Positions 18,876 through 28,880 of a stretch of DNA of 64,000 nucleotides are shown here, piece after piece; positions within the stretch are counted from its first letter, which is position 1, and the number at the start of each line of letters is the position of its first letter. Under the pieces are notes generated by a model. It searched no databases. It worked only from the letters and a program-made list of their open reading frames with translations, and had not been told where the DNA came from. Origin of the DNA: an uncultured Anaerotruncus sp. (lineage in GTDB: Bacteria > Bacillota > Clostridia > Oscillospirales > CAG-272); assembly GCA_902461815.1 (NCBI GenBank), contig CABPZE010000003.1, forward strand, positions 10,544 to 74,543, read 5' to 3'. The position numbers were made by a program, and so were the translations under genes.

Positions 18876-19442
18876 ATGATAGACCTGCTTTCGCTTCATA
18901 AGCAGTTTATACTTACTCATCTGCGAAAGGGAGATACCGCCGCAGATTTTACAATGGGAAACGGCTACGACACCGAGTTTCTTTCAAAGGCGGTAGGACC
19001 TGACGGAAAGGTCTACTCCTTTGACATCCAGCCGGCGGCGCTTACCTCCACTGCGGCGCATCTTGCCGCGTCCGGATGTCCGGAAAATTATCGCCTGATA
19101 CTCGATTCACACAGCAACGCAAAGCAATACATAACCGAGCCGATACGCGCCGGGATGTTCAATCTCGGCTGGCTTCCCGGCTCTGACAAGACGGTAACCA
19201 CCCGCAGGGAGACGACTCTGCCCGCCATAGAGGCGGCGATCGATCTGCTCTCCCCGGACGGCGTGCTGACTGTCGCCGTCTACCCCGGACATGCCGAGGG
19301 CGAGGCGGAGGGAAAGCTGATCGAGGAATATCTTTCGGGACTTTCCCGACACCGCGTGTGCGTTACAAAGATCAAGATAGTCAATTCACCCTCCTCTCCG
19401 TTTTTCTTTCTGATTGAAACAAAGGAGGAGAGGAAAAAATAA
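18876..19442 (+). CDS. Class I SAM-dependent methyltransferase (YtqB/MnmM-like, PF06962-type)
   Basis: Start set to the ATG at 18876 (MIDLLSLHK). Motifs DFTMGNGYDTEFL, NLGWLPGSDK, VYPGHAEG. Confidence 0.65.
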   Translation: MIDLLSLHKQFILTHLRKGDTAADFTMGNGYDTEFLSKAVGPDGKVYSFDIQPAALTSTAAHLAASGCPENYRLILDSHSNAKQYITEPIRAGMFNLGWLPGSDKTVTTRRETTLPAIEAAIDLLSPDGVLTVAVYPGHAEGEAEGKLIEEYLSGLSRHRVCVTKIKIVNSPSSPFFFLIETKEERKK

Positions 19443-19523
19443 TCATGGACGCCTTGCGGCGTCCGCAGGATGATCTCCTTTGCCGTCGTTTATTCGGCAG
19501 TGGGACGAAGGGAACGGATAAGA

Positions 19524-21527
19524 ATGGCTCTCAATGAGGAAAATGAGCGCGGAGGATACCGCGCGGACAGCTCTGCCGGCACTGATGAGGAATATTTTGA
19601 ACTGCTTGACAGACGGCGACGGGAGCTTGCGCGCGGTCGTGCGGATAAACCGGAAAACCCGTCGACGGCGCCACCTCAGGAAACCACTGCCGCCCGCACA
19701 AGCACTGCCCGAAGCACGGCTTCAGGCGCGGCGCAAAAAAACGGCGGAACTGCGACTGCACATCGGGAAGTCCGCCATCCCCAACAGCCAAGCGTAAACC
19801 CGGCTCGCCAACCAAACGCAAATGCGGCTCGTCGGGACGAACCCCAGCCTCAACGACCCAAGACAACCGCGGAGCGCAAAAGCGTGCGCCAACCGCAGCA
19901 ACATCAACAGCAGCAACAGAAAGCAAACGCGGCTCGCCGCGGAAATCCCTCGCCGGAAAAAGACGCGCGCAGGACGGCTCAGCCCATAAGTGCAGAGGAA
20001 GCCCGCCGTATCGCCTCGGCGCGGCGCGCTGAGGCGGAAAAACGCCGTGCCGAGGAGGAGAGGCGGCGCGCCGAAGAAGAAAAGCGCCTCAAGGAGATGA
20101 AAAAACGCATCCGCGCCAAAAAAAGAGCCGAGCTTGCCGGGCGCGCGCTTGCGGCAGGCGAAAATCTGCTTATCTTCTTTGGGATCTTTATTATTGTATG
20201 CGCCGTGGCTTTTTCGGGCTTTGTGATATATCTTTCCCGCACGGTGCGCCCGGAGGATGAAGACACGCGCGGCTTTACCTACCGGGTCGAGGAGAGCAGC
20301 CGCTCTCTCGGCTTTGAGGACGTGGTATCGGACGACGTGATCTATGTGGATTTCACCGGAATTGCCGGGCTTTGCGGAATTAGCATCAGCGGCGTGCGCG
20401 AGGAGCTTGTCTTTGAGGCAAGCGGCGAACGGGCTGTATTCGTCCCCGGCTCGGATCGCGCGTATGTCAACGGTACGCAGATCACACTTGAGGGCGCGGC
20501 ACTGCTGCGCGAGGAGCATCTGTGGTTGCCTCTCAGCTTTGTTCAGAAATATGTGAGCGGAGTTGAGGCGACGCTTGACGAGGTTGAAAAGCGCGGCAAA
20601 ATGTACCGTGTCATCTCGGTCTCCCGTACTCCCGACCCCGAAGCGACAGGTGCGCTTGACTGCTGGCTTGAGCCCTCCTTCCGGCTTAAGGCGGGGGAAA
20701 CGCTTTCGGGACTTTCGCCTTATGACACACCTGACGGGTCGCTTCCGGTAATTTCTCCCGCGCCCGTATGTGAGTTTATTTCCGACCTCTCGGCATACGA
20801 AAGATATATGTCCCCCGACGGCACGATGCGGGACAGCTTCCTTCTGCTTGTAAACAGCGACAGCCGGCTTACCTACCGCTATGTCCCATCAGGTCTTACC
20901 GCAGTGGCTGACGCGCGCACACAGGGGTCTGAAATTTATCTTTCCCTTTATGCGGAAAAAGCGCTTGAGGCACTGCTTTTGGAGGCGCGCGCCGCAGGCT
21001 TTGACACGATTGCCGTATCCGGCGCGTATGTTTCATATGACACGCAGGCGGCGGCGTTTGATTCATATCTTTCTGCCGAACGCAATTACAGCAAAAACAA
21101 CTATGCCGCCACCGGCAAACGGTTCAGTGACGAGGCGTATGCCGTGCTTGGCAGCGATCATATTACCGATAATTACATATCGAAGGACAATTATACGCTC
21201 TCTCTTGCCGACGCGCGGCGTGTTGTGCTTTCCTACTGCGCCGAACCGGGCAGCGACGAGCATCAGAGCGGACTTTGCGCAGACCTGTGCGACATCTCCC
21301 CTGCGTCGGCGGACTTTGCAGACAGTGAGTTTTACGGCTGGCTGAGTCTCAACGCGCACAAATTCGGATTTATTCTGCGCTATCCCGCCGACAAGACCGA
21401 ACAGACCGGCCACGCCTTTGAGCCGTGGCATCTGAGATTTGTCGGAAGATATCACGCATTTGCCATATTCTCCTCCGGCTTATGTTTTGAGGAGTATCTC
21501 GAAGCAATGAGGGATACCAATCAATAA
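19524..21527 (+). CDS. VanY/M15B-family D-alanyl-D-alanine carboxypeptidase with long basic disordered N-terminus and one TM
   Basis: C-terminal motifs HQSGLCADL and EPWHLRF. N-terminal ~190 aa are Arg/Glu/Gln-rich, followed by a TM. The start (19470 or 19524) is uncertain. Confidence 0.75.
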   Translation: MALNEENERGGYRADSSAGTDEEYFELLDRRRRELARGRADKPENPSTAPPQETTAARTSTARSTASGAAQKNGGTATAHREVRHPQQPSVNPARQPNANAARRDEPQPQRPKTTAERKSVRQPQQHQQQQQKANAARRGNPSPEKDARRTAQPISAEEARRIASARRAEAEKRRAEEERRRAEEEKRLKEMKKRIRAKKRAELAGRALAAGENLLIFFGIFIIVCAVAFSGFVIYLSRTVRPEDEDTRGFTYRVEESSRSLGFEDVVSDDVIYVDFTGIAGLCGISISGVREELVFEASGERAVFVPGSDRAYVNGTQITLEGAALLREEHLWLPLSFVQKYVSGVEATLDEVEKRGKMYRVISVSRTPDPEATGALDCWLEPSFRLKAGETLSGLSPYDTPDGSLPVISPAPVCEFISDLSAYERYMSPDGTMRDSFLLLVNSDSRLTYRYVPSGLTAVADARTQGSEIYLSLYAEKALEALLLEARAAGFDTIAVSGAYVSYDTQAAAFDSYLSAERNYSKNNYAATGKRFSDEAYAVLGSDHITDNYISKDNYTLSLADARRVVLSYCAEPGSDEHQSGLCADLCDISPASADFADSEFYGWLSLNAHKFGFILRYPADKTEQTGHAFEPWHLRFVGRYHAFAIFSSGLCFEEYLEAMRDTNQ

Positions 21528-21564
21528 AAAACAACCATCGCTTTGATCAAGAAAGGAAAAAACA

Positions 21565-24201
21565 ATGAAAAAGACACACGCACGTTTTTACTTTGCGGTA
21601 GCGTTATGCGCGCTGCTCTGCCTTTGCTTCCTTTTCGGCTGCAAGCCGACTGATGGGACCACGGACAATTCCACCGCTGTCACCACAGTACCCGAAACCG
21701 AAGCTCCGGCAGTGGAACTTGATATAATTTCGGGAGGAGCTACGGATTACGTATTTGTTTATCCCTCCAAGATGTCAAATTCCGCATATGATGAAGTGCT
21801 TGACTTTTATACCGATATCAGCCTTGCCTTTAACTGCCTCGGCAGCTTCAAGCTCTCTGCAGACAATGTCGAGTCGACCTCGGCACATGAGATACTGGTA
21901 GGAAACACCTCCCGCCCCGAGACCGCCAAGGCAATGGAGGGACTCGGAGAGTACAGCTGGATAATAACCGTTGTTGACGACAAGCTCGTAATTGCCGGAG
22001 GAAACGAAATCGCCACCTCCGAGGCAATGAAATTCTTTACTGATAATTATGTAAAAGACAAGACCTCGCTGAAGGTCATGAGCGATATATGCGATAAATA
22101 TATCTCCGCTCCGGTGGTCATCGCCGCCTCCCCCGAGGATTACTATCACGACCTTGACAGCACAAAGCCGGAAATAAAGATAGACTTTTACGCGTATCCC
22201 GCCGTTGACCTTTCAAAAAGCATGCTCAAGGTAGGAGACGTGGATTACACCGGAAGCGCAAAGTGGAGCGACAGCTCGGTCGTACTTTCCGGAGTGGAGT
22301 TTGTTCCCGGCGCGTATAAGCTTGAGCTGACTATCTTTGATACCGCTGGAGGAACGTCTGAGTACACGCATCATTTCGGCTGCGGCAACACCCCCGACGT
22401 CATGAGCCTCTATAAGGGCGAGCTGCACGCTCACACCTCCGATTCCGACGGCGTGGGTACTCCCCGTGACGCATACATATACGCACGCGATGTGGCGGGT
22501 CTTGATTTCTTTGCCGTCACCGACCATTCAAACTCCTGCTCCTCCGCCACATACCTCAAAAAGCACCTTGAGGTTGCCGATGAGCTGTATCAGCCCGGCA
22601 AGTATGTCACAATGTACGGATATGAGCAGACATATAACATCTCCTCGGGCTTCTATGGGCATCTCAACACCATAAACTCCCGCAAGACATACAGCACGCG
22701 CACCTCGCACAACCTGCGTCAGTACTATGAGGCTATGGCGAAAGCGGAGGACTGTATCGTACAGTTCAACCACCCCGGCTACAAGTGGGGCAACTTCCTT
22801 GAGTACGAAATGTGGAGCGAGCTTTACGACAGCGTGGTAAATCTTTATGAGTTCAAGGGCTCGGGCTATGACACCGAGTGGGCGCTCTGCCTTTCCAAGG
22901 GTTGGCACGTGGCACCGATGCACAACGAGGATAACCATTCGGCAAACTGGGGAACTGCGAATGAAGCAGTGGGTTATGTCCTTGCCCCGGCGCTTACACG
23001 CGACAATCTGGTTGACGCCATGAACCTCAACCGTGCATATACCACCACCGACGGAAGCCTTAAGATATATTACAGCATAAACGGCGAATGGCTCGGCTCA
23101 AGACTTGACGATCCTGAAAAGCTGAATGTAAAGGCGGAGCTTTCCACCTCCAAGAGCGGCGGACTCGGCAATGTATACCTTGTCGCTGAGGATAACGTCG
23201 TCGTAGCGTCCGTGTCGCTCGGAACAAAGAAGTCCTACACCTGGGAGCTGACTCTTGAGCCTGAGTACGATTACTACTACATCAAAGTGTCAAATTCCGA
23301 ATGTTTTGCCGTTACAGCACCCGTCTGGGTCGAAAACCGCGATCTTATAAGCATTACCGATATGTCGCAGTCGCTTCAGGTCAACCGCGCCGGTTCTGAG
23401 GATTACGGCGTGACCGCAAAGGTAAAGAACACCTCCGACAAGACGCTGAACGACGTTACCGTTAAATTCTACCGCAGCACGCTTGCGGGCTTTAACGTTT
23501 CAAAGACCCAGCCCATTGCGACCGTAAACCTCGGAACAATGGTTCCGGGTGCGGAGATGGATGCTTTCTGCCTCTCCACCTATGATAAAACCTACTGCCG
23601 CATTACCGCTGTGGTAAGCGCGAAAAACGGCAGCGCGACGTATTCGGATACCAAATACACAATGCTTTCCTGCATCACCGTCACCGAGATAATGCCGAAC
23701 ACCAGCTCCTACGGATATCTGGAGCTTTACAATAACTCGGATGCAGAGCTGAATCTCCAGAACGTCGCCATGCGCTTTTATGCCAAGGCGGGTGCGGACA
23801 GCGCCTCGCTCACCGAAAACACCTGGCGCTTTGACGGAAAGGTGAAGGCTCATTCCGTCGCCGTCATCTGGTTCAGAAGCAATGCAAATCTCACCGTAGC
23901 CGATTTCAACAAGAAATACGGAACCTCCCTTGTCGAGGGCGAGAACCTCTTTATCCTTGACACCACCAAGCAGATAAAGACCGATGTGACAAGCCAGTAC
24001 GAGGTGACCTACGGCGGAACCGTGGTCTCGCGCATCTGGTTCAACTGGGGCGAGGATTCAGGCGAGGTGAAGTCCGGCAAGTCTGTTACCTACTCATACC
24101 AGAAGCTGTACACGCTGACCGAGACAAAGCTCTCGGCAACCTCCGAGCCTACGCCCGGAACGGTAGCAACAGAGCAGATACCTGCCGTGGTGAATAACTG
24201 A
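21565..24201 (+). CDS. Secreted lipoprotein: N-terminal shared module + PHP-family metallophosphoesterase + lamin-tail (LTD) domain
   Basis: 878 aa with lipobox LFGC. PHP motifs GELHAHTSDSDG and AVTDHSN. LTD-like ITEIMPNTSSYGYLELYNNSDAELNL near the C-terminus. Confidence 0.75.
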   Translation: MKKTHARFYFAVALCALLCLCFLFGCKPTDGTTDNSTAVTTVPETEAPAVELDIISGGATDYVFVYPSKMSNSAYDEVLDFYTDISLAFNCLGSFKLSADNVESTSAHEILVGNTSRPETAKAMEGLGEYSWIITVVDDKLVIAGGNEIATSEAMKFFTDNYVKDKTSLKVMSDICDKYISAPVVIAASPEDYYHDLDSTKPEIKIDFYAYPAVDLSKSMLKVGDVDYTGSAKWSDSSVVLSGVEFVPGAYKLELTIFDTAGGTSEYTHHFGCGNTPDVMSLYKGELHAHTSDSDGVGTPRDAYIYARDVAGLDFFAVTDHSNSCSSATYLKKHLEVADELYQPGKYVTMYGYEQTYNISSGFYGHLNTINSRKTYSTRTSHNLRQYYEAMAKAEDCIVQFNHPGYKWGNFLEYEMWSELYDSVVNLYEFKGSGYDTEWALCLSKGWHVAPMHNEDNHSANWGTANEAVGYVLAPALTRDNLVDAMNLNRAYTTTDGSLKIYYSINGEWLGSRLDDPEKLNVKAELSTSKSGGLGNVYLVAEDNVVVASVSLGTKKSYTWELTLEPEYDYYYIKVSNSECFAVTAPVWVENRDLISITDMSQSLQVNRAGSEDYGVTAKVKNTSDKTLNDVTVKFYRSTLAGFNVSKTQPIATVNLGTMVPGAEMDAFCLSTYDKTYCRITAVVSAKNGSATYSDTKYTMLSCITVTEIMPNTSSYGYLELYNNSDAELNLQNVAMRFYAKAGADSASLTENTWRFDGKVKAHSVAVIWFRSNANLTVADFNKKYGTSLVEGENLFILDTTKQIKTDVTSQYEVTYGGTVVSRIWFNWGEDSGEVKSGKSVTYSYQKLYTLTETKLSATSEPTPGTVATEQIPAVVNN

Positions 24202-24207
24202 CAATTT

Positions 24208-24234
24208 CGGGCTGCCTCACTCGGAGGCAGCCCG
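24208..24234 (+). terminator. Intrinsic terminator
   Basis: CGGGCTGCCTC-ACTCG-GAGGCAGCCCG followed by TTTATTTT. Confidence 0.75.
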
Positions 24235-24253
24235 TTTATTTTCATTATTGATA

Positions 24254-25786
24254 TCAGTTGTCCTTGCGGTTATTTTTCTTTTTCTTTCCCGCAGCAGGCA
24301 GCGCTGCGCCAGCAAATGCGGACATCGCGATAAGGACAGTGCCAGCCACTCCTATGTCCGAGCCGCAGCCGCTCTTTTCCTCGGCAATACCGTGAGCCGC
24401 GCGCCATTCTGCCTTTTCCGAGTCGGACATCTCCTCGGAGCTGAACACCGCCGTATATACCGCGCTGGAATCCGCCCTCTCGGCGACCTCCTTGTCCCAG
24501 CCCAAGAAGGTATATTTAAGAGTGCCGTCACTCTCCTTTACCGGAGCTTCGGGAATCACCACGCGGTCGCCGTAGAGATAATTTCCGCTTGATAGCAGCG
24601 TTCCGTCCTCATTCTTGAATACGATGCTGTATTCCTCCTGCGCCCATGCCGCGCGGAGGCTTACCGTCGCGTCGGCGGAATATGTATCTCCGGGAAGGTA
24701 TGCAATAGCGGTAGAGGCGCTTTCGTCCACCCAGCCAAGGAAGCGGTAGCCCTTGTATTCCGGGACCTCATCCACTATCGTCAGCGTCTCGCCCTCCAGC
24801 TTGCGCTGGGGCAGCGGGGCTGTGCCCTTGTCGGTGTAATAGTAAACGGAGAAAACGATATCCTCACAAAAGATAGTATATGAAAGGGATATCCACCCGC
24901 TCTTGCCCTGATATTCGACCTTACCCCAGCCGTTTTTTATCTCCGTGACGGTAACGGGAGCCCAGTACGGAAGCGGGTCGGTAAGCAGCTTGCCGGCAGT
25001 TGAAGGCTGGTCGCGGAAGTTAAGCCCGCTGGCGGTGGTGCGGTAATCGCCAAGACGCGCGTCGGTGACTTCAAGGCTGAAATCGTAAACGGGCACTGCC
25101 GGCGCGCCGGAATAATCGGGTATGCCGTAGCCCACTATCGTGCTGTTGTTTGCCGCATACACGTGCGTGGCTACACAGCCGCCGTTGTTGCCCTCGACGG
25201 TGTAGATCATTCCGTCCTTTACGCCGATAACGATACCGACGTGAGTTGAGACCGCGCTTGACGTTCCGGTCTTGAAGAAGATAAGATCGCCCGGCGTCGG
25301 TGTGTATTCCGCTCCCTGCCACGCCGTCCTGTTTCTGACCGCACGGTACCAGTTCACCATGCGTATACAGCTTATCTCGGTAACGGCGGCGGACTCCGCC
25401 ACTCCCGCCTGACGCAGGCAGAAGGAAACAAATGCGGCGCACCAGGCGTAACCGTAGCTGACGCCGTTCCCCTCACCGTTATCCACCTTGCCGAAGATGC
25501 GGTTGTATTCGACAAAATTCTTGCCGCCGGAGGTATTCATCCCGTCAAAGTCAAGATCGCTGTCGCCCTCGTGATAGCCGAACTGAGTCAGCGCGATAGC
25601 CACGGTATCATACCTCTGATCTCCGGTCGGAGCGTAAGCGCTGAGCGCGGCATAATACTTTCCGGATGCGTATCCCTTGCTCGGCTCATATACCGGAAGC
25701 GCCGCCGCAGGAACTACAAGTGCCGTCAGTGCGGCAAGCATAAGCGCCGCAATAGCCAGTGAAATGATCCTTGTCCTTATCTTCAT
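24254..25786 (-). CDS. CHAP-domain peptidoglycan hydrolase with SH3-like and InlB B-repeat-type domains and a C-terminal TM tail
   Basis: 510 aa with signal peptide. CHAP motifs YGYAWCAAFVSF and HVGIV..TVEGNN. Repeats end in FLGW. Tail is SGCGSDIG + hydrophobic stretch + KKKKNNRK. Confidence 0.8.
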   Translation of the reverse strand: MKIRTRIISLAIAALMLAALTALVVPAAALPVYEPSKGYASGKYYAALSAYAPTGDQRYDTVAIALTQFGYHEGDSDLDFDGMNTSGGKNFVEYNRIFGKVDNGEGNGVSYGYAWCAAFVSFCLRQAGVAESAAVTEISCIRMVNWYRAVRNRTAWQGAEYTPTPGDLIFFKTGTSSAVSTHVGIVIGVKDGMIYTVEGNNGGCVATHVYAANNSTIVGYGIPDYSGAPAVPVYDFSLEVTDARLGDYRTTASGLNFRDQPSTAGKLLTDPLPYWAPVTVTEIKNGWGKVEYQGKSGWISLSYTIFCEDIVFSVYYYTDKGTAPLPQRKLEGETLTIVDEVPEYKGYRFLGWVDESASTAIAYLPGDTYSADATVSLRAAWAQEEYSIVFKNEDGTLLSSGNYLYGDRVVIPEAPVKESDGTLKYTFLGWDKEVAERADSSAVYTAVFSSEEMSDSEKAEWRAAHGIAEEKSGCGSDIGVAGTVLIAMSAFAGAALPAAGKKKKNNRKDN

Positions 25787-26070
25787 AACACACCTCGTTT
25801 GCTGAATTGAACTGCGTATTTATTGAATAATTATAGCAAATTCATGACGATAAAGCAATAAGCTGCGCACATTTTGTCGGATTTTCCCCGCATATTTTAC
25901 CCCTGACCTTTAAGATTTTCTTAAATTTGACGCTGTACGCCCTTTATGCCGTCTTTTGGCGGCTTTCTCACTTGACCGCGAAAAAAAAATGTGATATCAT
26001 ATATACATCAAATCACTTAAGGCTGTAAACTGATCCCGAAAGGAGCGCACGGCGCGCGGATACGGAAAAA

Positions 26071-27354
26071 ATGGACATTGAAAAGAAAAAAAGATTTATT
26101 GTAAACTTCTTTTATTTTGTTATTCTGTTCGGGCTGTCGATACTTATAGTAAGGTTCGCCCTGCCCGCGCTTTTTCCCTTTGCAATAGCGTTTCTGGTAA
26201 CGCTGTTGCTGCGCCCGGTCGTAAACTTTATCGTCCGCAAGCTGCACATTAACCGCAACGCAATATCCGTGCTGTTCGTGCTGCTGTTTTACGGCACTAT
26301 CGGACTTGTCGTAGTGCTGCTTATAATTAAGCTGATAAATTCCATCGGCTCATGGATCGCAAAGCTGCCCGACTTCTTCAATCAGACCGTCGTCCCCGCG
26401 CTTCGCAGCGCAGGAGACGGGATATCGGCGATAATCGAAAATTTTGACAGCGACGGTTTTATCGACCTTGACGACGTCGCCGCAAAGCTTATCTCCTCAC
26501 TCAGCACCATGATCTCGGATTTTTCAGGCAAGGCGCTGGCATTCGTAAGCTCCTACGCCACATCCGTTCCGACATGGATACTCAATATCGTCATTACTAT
26601 AATCTCCTCGGCGTTCCTGCTTATAGACTATGACTCAATAAAGGAATTTGTCGCACACCAGCTCCCCGACGAAAAGCGCAAGCTCATAAGCTCAATAGCT
26701 ACTCACCTCAAAAAGGTCATCTGGAAGTATATCACCTCGTATCTCTTCATTATGGTGATCACCTTTGCCGAAATTTCAATAGGCCTTATCTGCATCGGTC
26801 AGAAAAACCCGTTCGGAATTGCCGCCGGAATTGCCGCGCTTGACATTCTACCCGTGGTCGGGTCGGGGCTTATACTTCTTCCCTGGTCGGTAATATCCAT
26901 GCTTTCCGGCAGTCTCGGCAAGGGCATCGGTCTTCTTGTGCTGTGGGCGATACTCAGTGTCATCCGTCAGATAATAGAGCCGAAGATCGTCGGCGACACG
27001 GTGGGAATGCACCCCCTGCTCACTCTGTTCGGAATGCTGTTCGGAAACTTTGTTTACGGCGGACTCGGCATCTTCCTTGTCCCCATCACTATCGCGCTCT
27101 GCCAGAGCCTTCAGCGTCAGGGTATCATCCATATATATAAATCGGTTCCGAAGGCGGAAGCGCCTCGCCAGGAAAGCAGGCTGAACCGCGCGGTGTACGG
27201 ATTCGTCGGAAAGCTGACGGCTCCTGTACGGAATAAGATCGCCAAAATGAAAAAGAACGGCAAAAAGGGCAATGACGCCACGGAACAGACACAAGACCCC
27301 AAAGATAAAGATCCCGGCGACTCCGGACAGGACGAAACGGTAAATAAGTCATAA
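26071..27354 (+). CDS. ytvI: AI-2E/YtvI-family sporulation integral membrane protein
   Basis: 427 aa, polytopic, with conserved IIEPKIVG and HPLLTLF segments and a hydrophilic C-terminal tail. Confidence 0.75.
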   Translation: MDIEKKKRFIVNFFYFVILFGLSILIVRFALPALFPFAIAFLVTLLLRPVVNFIVRKLHINRNAISVLFVLLFYGTIGLVVVLLIIKLINSIGSWIAKLPDFFNQTVVPALRSAGDGISAIIENFDSDGFIDLDDVAAKLISSLSTMISDFSGKALAFVSSYATSVPTWILNIVITIISSAFLLIDYDSIKEFVAHQLPDEKRKLISSIATHLKKVIWKYITSYLFIMVITFAEISIGLICIGQKNPFGIAAGIAALDILPVVGSGLILLPWSVISMLSGSLGKGIGLLVLWAILSVIRQIIEPKIVGDTVGMHPLLTLFGMLFGNFVYGGLGIFLVPITIALCQSLQRQGIIHIYKSVPKAEAPRQESRLNRAVYGFVGKLTAPVRNKIAKMKKNGKKGNDATEQTQDPKDKDPGDSGQDETVNKS

Positions 27355-27480
27355 CCATCGGCAAAGCCGGTGGCTTGCACAGCCCTATAATGGCATATTA
27401 GCGGCGTGGCTGAAAGACCGACGGAACTTCCGACATTTGCAAATTTGCTCCACAGTCACGAATACGGCGGGATACGTCAG

Positions 27481-27532
27481 CCTCCCTTGTGTAAAGGGAG
27501 GTGGCACGGCGAAGCCGTAACGGAGGGATTGT
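27481..27532 (+). repeat. Two-hairpin repeat element, copy C
   Basis: CCTCCCTTGTGTAAAGGGAGG TGGC ACGGC-GAA-GCCGT AACGGAGGGATTGT. Confidence 0.8.
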
Positions 27533-27649
27533 CACACTACGCTCTCCCAAACGCCCCTCAGGTGCCTTCGTCTGGATCGCTAAACGGCAAAGGCCTCTAT
27601 CAAAAAATGACTCCGGCAGGCTGCCGGAGGTAAAAAAGGCGGTGGAAAA

Positions 27650-28681
27650 ATGCCTCACGAAACAATAACCGACGCGGATTTCCGCCGTCTTACAAAAGCG
27701 CCCGCGCCGGGCAGATATCTTTTGTTCGGCGACGAGGATTATCTTAAGGCTCACGCCGCCGAATCGGTAAGGAACACCCTTTGCCCGGATGAGAGCCTGC
27801 GTATATTCAACTGCATAACCCTTGACCGCGCCGGATTTACGGTTGCGGCGCTTCGCGCGGCACTTATCCCGCCGCCGATGTTCACCTCATGCAAAGCGGT
27901 AACGGCGTCGCTGACCTTTGACGACCTGCGCCCCTCGGAGGTCAACGAGCTGTGCGAGCTTTTGGCTGAGGACGGGCTGTTTGAGTACAATTTTCTCATG
28001 ATATGCGTCCCCTCGGGAGGGATCGACGCCGGAACTCCCAAACGTCCCTCGGCGCTGCTGCGTCGTCTTTCGGAATCGGTAGTGCCGGTTCGCTTTGACC
28101 CCGTCAGCGGTGCGCGCCTGCGCGAGTGGATAGGCAGGCATTACACAGCAAACGGTGTAACGGCAGCTCCGGCTTTGTGCGATCTCACAGCTTCGCGCTG
28201 CGGCGAGAGTATGTTCACGCTCTCCTCCGAGATCGACAAGGTTTCGTACTACGTCCTCTCAGACGGCAGGACCGAGGTAAGTGCGGAGGATATACGGCTT
28301 GTAGCGTGTGAGGGAGGCTCTCACGACGCCTTTGCTTTTGCCAACGCCATCCTCGGTCGCCGCAGCGCCGAGGCGCTTGATGTGCTGTCGGAAATGAAGG
28401 CGCGCAGAGTTGACCCAACCTCGGTGATGGCGGAGCTTATCCGCGTCATCTGCGATATGTCCGCGGTAAGCGAATGCCTTGCGGCGGGACTCTCCCCCTC
28501 GCGTATATGTGCCGAGACCGGACTTCGCGAATATCCGGTAAAGCTCTACTCCACCGCCGTCTCAAAGCTGCCGCGCGGGGCGCTGAGCGCCGCCCTTGCC
28601 TCAGCATCGGAGGCTGACGCGGCAGTAAAAAGCTCGGCTCAGGATTATCTCCCCATCGAGCGGCTTATCTGCTCGCTCTAA
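27650..28681 (+). CDS. holA: DNA polymerase III delta subunit
   Basis: 343 aa with LLFGDEDYL N-terminal motif. Length and C-terminal helical domain fit HolA. Confidence 0.8.
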   Translation: MPHETITDADFRRLTKAPAPGRYLLFGDEDYLKAHAAESVRNTLCPDESLRIFNCITLDRAGFTVAALRAALIPPPMFTSCKAVTASLTFDDLRPSEVNELCELLAEDGLFEYNFLMICVPSGGIDAGTPKRPSALLRRLSESVVPVRFDPVSGARLREWIGRHYTANGVTAAPALCDLTASRCGESMFTLSSEIDKVSYYVLSDGRTEVSAEDIRLVACEGGSHDAFAFANAILGRRSAEALDVLSEMKARRVDPTSVMAELIRVICDMSAVSECLAAGLSPSRICAETGLREYPVKLYSTAVSKLPRGALSAALASASEADAAVKSSAQDYLPIERLICSL

Positions 28682-28757
28682 GACGGGTGCATTTTTTCTC
28701 CCCGGAAAGCCGATTTGTGAAAAAGGGAGAAATTACGCGCAAATTGTAAATTTTAAG

Positions 28758-28780
28758 CCGGGACGTTTTTCCCGGTTTTT
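28758..28780 (+). terminator. Candidate terminator after holA
   Basis: CCGGGA-CGTTTT-TCCCGG followed by TTTTT. The stem is short (6 bp). Confidence 0.45.
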
Positions 28781-28785
28781 CCACA
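28777..28785 (+). promoter_or_regulatory. DnaA-box-like 9-mer TTTTCCACA (copy 1)
   Basis: One mismatch to TTATCCACA. Part of the 10-nt repeat TTTTCCACAG. Confidence 0.3.
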
Positions 28786-28871
28786 GCCTTTTGCGGAAAA
28801 GTGCGGCGTCAAAGCCCATTCTTTCGCTTCCCACGCTGAAAAAAGCGGGGATTTCAACACTTACCACAGGG

Positions 28872-28880
28872 TTTTCCACA
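28872..28880 (+). promoter_or_regulatory. DnaA-box-like 9-mer TTTTCCACA (copy 2)
   Basis: Same 10-nt TTTTCCACAG, same orientation, 95 nt downstream of copy 1 and 75 nt upstream of the DUF1287 gene start. Confidence 0.3.
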
